Shown here piece after piece: positions 57,939 to 64,000 of a stretch of DNA of 64,000 nt. Below the pieces are notes generated by a model, which made no database searches, was not told the origin of the DNA, and saw nothing but the letters and a program-made list of their open reading frames with translations. The position numbers and the translations under genes are program-made. How positions within the stretch are numbered: position 1 is the stretch's first letter; the number at the start of each line of letters is the position of its first letter. The DNA lies in the NCBI GenBank assembly GCA_035305585.1, contig DATGOV010000002.1, positions 2,476-66,475 of the forward strand. The letters run 5' to 3'. Source of the DNA: Acidimicrobiia bacterium (lineage in GTDB: Bacteria > Actinomycetota > Acidimicrobiia > Spongiisociales > ZC4RG35).

Positions 57939-59173
57939 TCGTCGAGGTCATCGCGGTCGGCACGGAGCTGCTCCTCGGTCAGATCGTGAACGGCAACGCC
58001 GCCTTCATCGGTGCCGCGCTCGCCGAGAACGGATTCGACGCCCATCACCAGCAGGTCGTCGGCGACAACCTCGGAAGGGTGGAGGAGGCGATCCGCACGG
58101 CGCTGTCCCGGGCGGACGCGGTCATCATCACCGGCGGGCTGGGGCCGACCCGCGACGATCTGACCCGGGAGGCGATCTGTGCCGCCACCGGTCGGGAGAT
58201 GCGTCACTCCGACGCCTACGAGGACGCGCTCAGGGAACGCTTCGTGCGGCTCGGAAGGGACATCCCCGCCTCGAACTTCCGGCAGGCGGACTTCCCCGAC
58301 GGGGCCGAGATGCTGCCGAATCCGAAGGGGACGGCTCCCGGGATCGCACTCGACCACGACGGTAAGTGGATCTTCGCGGTGCCCGGAGTCCCCGAGGAGA
58401 TGGAGTACCTGCTCGTCGAAGAGGTGCTTCCCCGTCTCCGCCACGCCGCCGGCCTCGAGGAGGTGCTCGTCAGCCGGCTCCTCCGAACATGGGGTCGTCC
58501 GGAGTCGTGGGTGGGGGAGCGGCTCGACGATCTCTTCGAGTCGGCCAACCCGTCCATCGCCTTCCTGGCGTCGGGGGGAGAGATCAAGGTGAGGATCACC
58601 GCCAAGGCCGCCACCGAAGCGGAAGCCATCGCCGCCATCGCCCCCTTCGAGGAGGAGGTGAGGGAGCGCTTGGGGCAGGCGGTCTTCGCCGTCGACTCGG
58701 AGACGATCGAGTCGGTGCTCTTCTCGCTCCTCGAGGCGAGAGGGTGGACGATCGGGAGCGCCGAATCGATGACCGCCGGCTTGGTGGCGGCGCGGCTGAC
58801 CGCGCTGCCGGGATCGTCGCGGTATTTCCGGGGAGGGATCGTCGCCTACTCCGACGACCTGAAACAGGAGCTCTTGGACGTCGCAGACATCACCCGGGGC
58901 GTCGTCACCGAGTCGGTGGCGGTGGAGATGGCCGAAGGCGCCCGTTCACGGCTGAAGGTCGACGTGGCGATTTCGGTGACCGGCTCGGCAGGCCCCGAGC
59001 CCATGGAACAGCCCCCGGGGACGGTGGTCATAGGAGTGGCCACGCCCGAGGACGCTGCCGCCCGGATGCTCACGTTCGCCGGCGACCGCGAGCGGGTGCG
59101 TACCTACTCGACCACAGCCGCTCTGCAGCTCGCTCGTCTGGCGATCTCGGGGGTCTGGTGGCGGAGAGGCTGA
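57935..59173 (+). CDS. cinA: competence/damage-inducible protein CinA (MoCF-binding + PncC-type NMN amidohydrolase domains)
   Basis: VEVIAVGTELLLGQIVNGNAAF...ITGGLGPTRDD N-terminal domain and a C-terminal AESMTAGLVAA...GGIVAYS block. The ATG overlaps the rimO TGA. Confidence 0.9.
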   Translation: MIVEVIAVGTELLLGQIVNGNAAFIGAALAENGFDAHHQQVVGDNLGRVEEAIRTALSRADAVIITGGLGPTRDDLTREAICAATGREMRHSDAYEDALRERFVRLGRDIPASNFRQADFPDGAEMLPNPKGTAPGIALDHDGKWIFAVPGVPEEMEYLLVEEVLPRLRHAAGLEEVLVSRLLRTWGRPESWVGERLDDLFESANPSIAFLASGGEIKVRITAKAATEAEAIAAIAPFEEEVRERLGQAVFAVDSETIESVLFSLLEARGWTIGSAESMTAGLVAARLTALPGSSRYFRGGIVAYSDDLKQELLDVADITRGVVTESVAVEMAEGARSRLKVDVAISVTGSAGPEPMEQPPGTVVIGVATPEDAAARMLTFAGDRERVRTYSTTAALQLARLAISGVWWRRG

Positions 59174-59697
59174 TCCCCAAAGGCAGGGTCTTCGCCGCGG
59201 TCGTGCCTCCTGCGGAGGTGGTGGTCGCCCTCGCCGAGCGCCTGGCGGGTCTGGCGATTCCCGGAAAACGCGTCCCCCCTCCCAACTGGCACGTGACGCT
59301 GCGATTCGTTGGACCCGTGGAGGAGGTCGCCTACGAGAGGTGGCTCGGTGCATTGGACGAATCGGACTTGCCAGGCCCGTTCTCGATCACTCTTCGGGGA
59401 CTGGGAGCGTTTCCCCGGGCAGCGCGGGCCACCGTGTTGTGGGTGGGAGTGGAAAGCGACCCGGCACTCGACGATCTCGCCCATGTCGTCGACGCGGCTG
59501 CCGACCGGGCCGGTCTGGGACGGGAAGAACGGCCCTTCGTCCCGCATCTGACGATCGCCCGGGTGCGCCCGCCCGAGGACGTGCGGCGGCTCATCTACGG
59601 CCAGGACGGCTGGCGGCTGAGGTTCGCCGTCTCCGAGTTCCACATCATGGCTGCGGTCGGGAGCCGCTATCAGGTCTACGAGAGCTTCCGCCTGTAG
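59158..59697 (+). CDS. thpR: RNA 2',3'-cyclic phosphodiesterase (2H phosphoesterase, ThpR/LigT family)
   Basis: Two HxT/S motifs (WHVTLRF and PHLTIAR) at the spacing expected for 2H phosphoesterases. The GTG at 59158 lies 16 nt inside the cinA 3' end. Confidence 0.8.
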   Translation: MAERLIPKGRVFAAVVPPAEVVVALAERLAGLAIPGKRVPPPNWHVTLRFVGPVEEVAYERWLGALDESDLPGPFSITLRGLGAFPRAARATVLWVGVESDPALDDLAHVVDAAADRAGLGREERPFVPHLTIARVRPPEDVRRLIYGQDGWRLRFAVSEFHIMAAVGSRYQVYESFRL

Positions 59698-59707
59698 ATC
59701 CTTGGCC

Positions 59708-59721
59708 CGAACACTTGTTCG
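59708..59721. promoter_or_regulatory. LexA (SOS) box
   Basis: CGAACACTTGTTCG lies 207 nt upstream of the recA ATG and 11 nt after the thpR stop. Confidence 0.7.
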
Positions 59722-59809
59722 CTGTAGGATTTGTCACCGGCATTCGATAGGTTCGCTTCGACAGTTCGACAGTTCGACGGTTTCGAAGGCTCGAAAGGCG
59801 GGCTAGAGA

Positions 59810-59899
59810 CACTGGTCGACACAAATGCACTGGTCGACACAGATGCACTGGTCGACACAGATGCACTGGTCGACACGGAAGCACCGTTCGGCACACGGA
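59810..59899. repeat. 18-bp tandem repeat, four near-perfect copies plus one degenerate copy, in the recA upstream region
   Basis: CACTGGTCGACACAAATG (59810-27). CACTGGTCGACACAGATG (59828-45 and 59846-63). CACTGGTCGACACGGAAG (59864-81). Degenerate CACCGTTCGGCACACGGA (59882-99). Each unit contains the palindrome GTCGAC. Confidence 0.9.
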
Positions 59900-59927
59900 G
59901 ACAGAAGGGATCGGAGAAGGGGACGGC

Positions 59928-60992
59928 ATGAGCGACAAGGAGAACAACATGGAACGCCACAAGTCACTCGAAATGGCCGTCTCCCAGATCGAGCGCCAGT
60001 ACGGGCGGGGTGCCATCATGAAGATGGGGGATGCGGCCCTGCGCAAAGTGGAAGTGATTTCCACGGGGGCGCTGGCACTGGATCTGGCACTCGGCACCGG
60101 CGGTGTCCCCCGCGGACGTATCGTCGAGATCTACGGTCCGGAGGCGTCGGGCAAGACCAGCCTCGCCCTCCACATCGTGGCCGAGGCACAGCGCAACGGA
60201 GGGATCGCGGCGTTCATCGACGCCGAGCACGCGCTCGACCCTTCGTACGCACGGGCGATCGGCGTCGATGTCGACGAGCTCTTGATCTCCCAGCCCGACA
60301 CCGGGGAGCAGGCGCTGGAAATCGCCGACATGCTGGTCCGGTCAGGCGCCCTCGACGTGCTGGTCATCGACTCGGTGGCAGCGCTCGTGCCCCGCGCCGA
60401 GATCGAAGGCGAGATGGGCGATTCCCACGTCGGTCTCCAGGCGCGGCTGATGTCTCAGGCCCTGCGGAAGCTGGCGGGGACACTCAACAAGTCACGGACC
60501 ACGGCCATCTTCATCAACCAGCTCCGGGAGAAGATCGGTGTGATGTTCGGCTCTCCCGAGACCACGCCCGGAGGGCGGGCCCTCAAGTTCTACTCGAGCG
60601 TTCGTCTCGACGTGCGCCGCATCGAATCGATCAAGGACGGCGCCGACCAGGTCGGCAACCGGGTTCGCGTCAAGGTCGTGAAGAACAAGATGGCCCCGCC
60701 ATTCCGCCAGGCCGAGTTCGACCTCATGTTCGGCGAGGGGATCTCCCGGGAGGGAAGCCTGCTCGACGTTGCAGTAGAGGAGGGTGTGGTCAAGAAGAGT
60801 GGCGCTTGGTACACGTATGAGGACGAGCAGCTCGGCCAGGGCCGGGAGAACGCCAAGCGTTTCCTGCGGGAGAACCCCGAACTGGCGATGCAACTCCAGG
60901 CCCGGGTCTACGAAGCGGTCGGCCTCGTCGGGAACGACGAGGAGACGGCTTCTGAGGAGACCGCCGATGCGTCCGAGAAGCTCGAGGACTGA
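59928..60992 (+). CDS. recA: recombinase RecA
   Basis: [19 protein letters not shown] Walker [20 protein letters not shown] and the full-length canonical RecA pattern. GGAGAAGGGGA lies upstream. Confidence 0.97.
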   Translation: MSDKENNMERHKSLEMAVSQIERQYGRGAIMKMGDAALRKVEVISTGALALDLALGTGGVPRGRIVEIYGPEASGKTSLALHIVAEAQRNGGIAAFIDAEHALDPSYARAIGVDVDELLISQPDTGEQALEIADMLVRSGALDVLVIDSVAALVPRAEIEGEMGDSHVGLQARLMSQALRKLAGTLNKSRTTAIFINQLREKIGVMFGSPETTPGGRALKFYSSVRLDVRRIESIKDGADQVGNRVRVKVVKNKMAPPFRQAEFDLMFGEGISREGSLLDVAVEEGVVKKSGAWYTYEDEQLGQGRENAKRFLRENPELAMQLQARVYEAVGLVGNDEETASEETADASEKLED

Positions 60993-61115
60993 TCAGGCGG
61001 TCATTCCCTAGGGCACACGCCCGGGCTAGGCTTGTTCTCCCAGTACGCGAACGATTGAAACACAAGAAAGGCCGTCTCCAGGTGTCAGGATTGACCTCCG
61101 ATACAGGCTGAACTG

Positions 61116-61156
61116 CTGGGGCGGCCGTGCCGCCAGGCTTCGTTCGGTTCTGTGAT
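61116..61156 (+). terminator. weak candidate intrinsic terminator downstream of recA
   Basis: GGCGGC-CGT-GCCGCC hairpin (about 61120-61134), followed by a T-enriched stretch (GCTTCGTTCGGTTCTGTG). The stem is short and there is no clean U-tract. Coordinates are good to about +/-1. Confidence 0.2.
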
Positions 61157-61288
61157 CGTGTGGGGAGATCACCATCTGCGTGATCGACATTCGAGGCGAC
61201 AGTCGAGTCGTGTGCCGGGTCCCTGAGGGCTCGGCATACGTTTCTTCCGACCCTCGCCGACACCGAGACGGTGTGAGAGGAGTCGACC

Positions 61289-62830
61289 ATGACCGAGACC
61301 CAGGTGGTGATACTGACGGCAGTGGTGGCCGTCGCGGCCGCCGTGGTCGGCTACGCCCTCGCCAACGTCGTCGCCTCCAAGCGAAGACAACGGGAGAAGC
61401 AGCTCGCCGACGAGACGCTCGGCCAGGCCCGCCTGGAGGCCCAGCGGATCCTGGCCAAGGCCGAGGAGGAGGCCAGGGCCCGGGCAGAAGCCTACCGCGA
61501 GCGAGAGGACGCCAACCTCGAGCAGCGACGGATCGAGGTCGGGGCCCTGGAGAACCGGCTGCATCAGCGCGAGCAGACGTTGGAGCAGCGGGCCGCCAAC
61601 CTCGCCAACCGGGAGCGTATGCTCATCCAGCGAGAGGAGGAACTGGCGGAGGCGCGTCAGTCGGCGGAGAGGATGCGTGAGTCCGCCCGAGCCGACTTGG
61701 AGCGTCTCGCCGGGATCGACTCCCGGGCCGCCAAGGAGGAATTGCTCGCCCAGGTGGAGGAAGAGGCACGCCGGGAGGCGATGATCCTCGTCCGTGACCT
61801 CGAGATAAAGGCCCGAGAGGAAGCCGACAAACGAGCCCGCCGCATCCTGGCGACAGCGGTCCAGCGCCTGGCGGCAGAGGTGGTCACCGAAACCACCCTC
61901 TCGACGGTGTCGCTGCCCAGCGACGACATGAAGGGGCGCATCATCGGCCGGGAAGGGCGCAACATCCGCCATCTGGAGCAGATCACCGGCGTCAACCTCA
62001 TCGTCGACGACACCCCCGAAGCCGTCTCGGTCAGCTCCTTCGACCCCGTTCGCCGGGAGGTGGCGAGAATCACCCTCGAGAAGCTCGTGGCGGACGGTCG
62101 TATCCACCCGGCGTCGATCGAGGAGGCCTTCGAGAAGGCGCGGGCCGAGGTGGAGCAGAGCGTGCGGGACGCCGGGGAGTGGGCGCTGCTCGAGGTGGGC
62201 CTCACCCGGATGCACCCCGAACTGGTCACCCTCCTGGGCCGGCTCAAGTTCCGCACCTCGTACGGCCAGAACGTCCTGAACCATCTCGTGGAGTCGGCCC
62301 ACCTCGCTTCGATGCTCGCCACCGAGCTCGGGGTGGACCCCGCACCGGTGAGAAGGGCGGCCCTCCTCCACGACATCGGGAAGGCGGTGACGCACGAGGT
62401 GGAAGGTTCCCACGCTCTGATAGGCGCCGAGATCGCTCGCCGCTTCGACGAGGAACCGGCCGTCGTCCATGGCATCGAAGCCCACCACAACGAGGTCGAG
62501 CCGCGGACGATCCTGGCCGTGCTGGTGCAGGCGGCGGACGCTGTCTCGGCGGCACGCCCCGGAGCGAGACGGGAAACGCTCGAGTCCTACGTGCGTCGTC
62601 TCGAGCGCCTCGAGAACCTGGCTCGGGAGTTCGAGGGCGTCGAGCGGGTCTTCGCCCTCCAGGCAGGGCGCGAGGTGCGGGTCATGGTGGACCCCGGTCG
62701 AGTGACCGATCTGGAGGCGAATGATCTGGCACGCCGGATCGCCCGTAAACTGGAGGAGGATCTCCAATACCCGGGCACGATCCAGGTGACGGTGATCCGC
62801 GAATTCCGCGCCACCGATTTCGCTCGCTGA
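61289..62830 (+). CDS. rny: ribonuclease Y
   Basis: N-terminal TM helix, long coiled-coil (Glu/Arg/Ala-rich), KH domain (GRIIGREGRNIR) and HD domain (LLHDIGKA...HH). Confidence 0.9.
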   Translation: MTETQVVILTAVVAVAAAVVGYALANVVASKRRQREKQLADETLGQARLEAQRILAKAEEEARARAEAYREREDANLEQRRIEVGALENRLHQREQTLEQRAANLANRERMLIQREEELAEARQSAERMRESARADLERLAGIDSRAAKEELLAQVEEEARREAMILVRDLEIKAREEADKRARRILATAVQRLAAEVVTETTLSTVSLPSDDMKGRIIGREGRNIRHLEQITGVNLIVDDTPEAVSVSSFDPVRREVARITLEKLVADGRIHPASIEEAFEKARAEVEQSVRDAGEWALLEVGLTRMHPELVTLLGRLKFRTSYGQNVLNHLVESAHLASMLATELGVDPAPVRRAALLHDIGKAVTHEVEGSHALIGAEIARRFDEEPAVVHGIEAHHNEVEPRTILAVLVQAADAVSAARPGARRETLESYVRRLERLENLAREFEGVERVFALQAGREVRVMVDPGRVTDLEANDLARRIARKLEEDLQYPGTIQVTVIREFRATDFAR

Positions 62831-62833
62831 ACG

Positions 62834-64000
62834 ATGACCACGACCGCTCTCCCGACGCCGACCAGGCGCTACCCATCGCGTCGCAAGCCGACGAGGTCCG
62901 GGAAGCGCTATCTGATCCGCACTTTTGGCTGCCAGATGAACGAGCACGACTCGGAGCGAATCGCCGGGCTGTTCGAGCTCGACGGCATGGTCCGCACCGA
63001 ATCGCTCGACGACGCGGACGTGATCTTCATCAACACCTGCACGATCCGGGAGAACGCCGACAACCGTCTCTACGGGACGCTGGGCCATCTGAAGCAGCTG
63101 AAGGATGCGCGGCCGGAGGCGATGCTCGTCGTCGGCGGTTGCGCCGCCCAGAAGGACCGTGACCTGGTTCGGGAGCGAGCGCCGTGGGTCGACGTCGTGA
63201 TGGGCACTCACAACCTCGATCGCGTCCTAGACCTGATGGATCACGCCGAGGAATGGGGAGGCATCACCGAGGTCGTCGACGAGCTCGAGGCGATGCCGTC
63301 CATGCTCCCCGTGCGTCGCGAGCAAGCGCACACGGCTTGGGTGACGATCCAGATCGGCTGTAACAACACGTGCACCTTCTGCATCGTGCCGGCGGTGCGG
63401 GGTCCCGAAGTGTCGCGTCGTCCCGGCGACATCATCGCGGAGGTCGAACGACTCGCCTCCGAAGGTGTGGTCGAGGTGACTCTCCTCGGCCAGAACGTCG
63501 ACACCTACGGGCGGGACCTGGCGATCGACGGACGACGAAGGCCGATCTTCGCCGATCTCCTGCGCCAGGTCGGTGCGGTCGACGGTGTACGCCGCATACG
63601 TTTCACGAGCCCTCATCCAGCCGACTTCCGTCATGACGTCGCGCAGGCGATGGCCGAGACAGAAGCGGTGTGCGAGCAGCTGCACCTGCCGCTCCAGAGT
63701 GGCTCCGACCGGATCCTCGCCCGGATGCACCGCGGTTACAACCGCCAGCGCTTCATGGACCGGTTGGCGATGGCGAGGGAGACGATCCCCGACCTCACGG
63801 TCACCACCGACGTGATAGTGGGGTTCCCAGGCGAGACCGACGACGACTTCGAGGCGACGATGGAGGTGATCGAAGAGGCCCGGTTCGACTCGGCCTTCAT
63901 GTTCATCTTTTCGCCCCGTCCAGGGACGGCCGCCGCCGAGATGACTGACCAGTTCGTCGATCCCGAGGTCGTCCAGGAGCGATTCCAGCGGCTCGTCGAG
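62834..64000 (+). CDS. miaB: tRNA-2-methylthio-N6-dimethylallyladenosine synthase MiaB (3' end beyond the window)
   Basis: Not in the ORF track because there is no stop in the window. My own translation from the ATG at 62834 gives YLIRTFGCQMNEHDSERIAG...FINTCTIRENA...VVGGCAAQ... and the radical-SAM IQIGCNNTCTFCIVP. The frame is open to 64000. Confidence 0.9.
   Translation, partial: MTTTALPTPTRRYPSRRKPTRSGKRYLIRTFGCQMNEHDSERIAGLFELDGMVRTESLDDADVIFINTCTIRENADNRLYGTLGHLKQLKDARPEAMLVVGGCAAQKDRDLVRERAPWVDVVMGTHNLDRVLDLMDHAEEWGGITEVVDELEAMPSMLPVRREQAHTAWVTIQIGCNNTCTFCIVPAVRGPEVSRRPGDIIAEVERLASEGVVEVTLLGQNVDTYGRDLAIDGRRRPIFADLLRQVGAVDGVRRIRFTSPHPADFRHDVAQAMAETEAVCEQLHLPLQSGSDRILARMHRGYNRQRFMDRLAMARETIPDLTVTTDVIVGFPGETDDDFEATMEVIEEARFDSAFMFIFSPRPGTAAAEMTDQFVDPEVVQERFQRLVE

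Noticed and set aside
59810-59899. Possibility that the tandem repeats are a CRISPR array
   Set aside because: The units are directly abutting with an 18-bp period and no spacers. No cas genes are nearby, and the array is far too short.
59731-59931. 66-aa upstream ORF (TTG start) translating the 18-bp repeats as (ALVDTD)n, with its TGA overlapping the recA ATG (ATGA)
   Set aside because: The ATGA junction is tempting as translational coupling. However, the ORF needs a TTG start only 1 nt after an AGGA. It also has many A/T-ending codons (ACA, GCA, GAT, AAT) that are atypical for coding DNA here. I therefore treat the repeats as non-coding. Ribosome profiling would settle it.
61169-63211. 680-aa minus-strand ORF antisense to rny and miaB. 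Similar long antisense or off-frame ORFs occur at 50807..52723, 10392..12113, 7400..8872, 26913..28487, 13977..15161, 17200..19059 and 21123..22349.
   Set aside because: All are opposite to, or out of frame with, genes carrying unambiguous family signatures, and none has a recognisable motif. Long open antisense frames are expected at this base composition.
1-64000. Search for mobile elements, prophage or genomic-island signatures (integrase, transposase, tRNA-flanked direct repeats, abrupt composition shifts)
   Set aside because: None recognised. The only lower-GC patches are short intergenic control regions (13000-13060, 50771-50866, 59700-59927, 60993-61288). The window reads as conserved core chromosome.

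Overview
The window is visibly GC-rich (GC content not computed) and densely coding. It looks like core chromosome of an Actinomycetota-type organism, with a gene order of dapA-rnj-ftsK ... rimO-cinA-recA ... miaB; an Acidimicrobiia-like origin is only a guess. I support about 57 CDS. I recognised no rRNA, tRNA, CRISPR array, transposase or integrase.

Main content:
- **SOS/mutagenesis set.** An Fpg/Nei glycosylase, imuA'-imuB, a separately located dnaE2, and cinA-thpR-recA. imuA', dnaE2 and recA are each preceded by a CGAAC-N4-GTTCG LexA-type box.
- **Central metabolism.** icmF, valS, ychF, a 2-oxoacid dehydrogenase E1a/E1b/E2 operon, and a RamB-like regulator divergent from aceB-aceA followed by an archaeal-type (type II) GAPDH homologue.
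- **RNA processing and modification.** RNase J, RNase Y, rimO and miaB.
- **Envelope proteins.** An LCP protein, an S8 protease with three SLH-like repeats, and an SLT-like protein.

Most interesting for follow-up:
1. A tightly packed minus-strand triad with no cobN in the window: an HExxH+VWA CobT-like protein, a CobS-like AAA+ ATPase and an extended LOG-family protein.
2. A roughly 90-bp array of 18-bp tandem repeats between the LexA box and the recA start codon.
3. Five alternating GCAAGT/ACTTGC half-sites running into the start codon of a SatD-like HTH protein that is coupled to a small membrane protein.
4. An aroQ-alpha/beta-hydrolase fusion.
5. An ABC exporter that appears to need a CTG start codon.

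All family calls come from motif recognition by eye, with no searches run. Start codons are the least certain coordinates.
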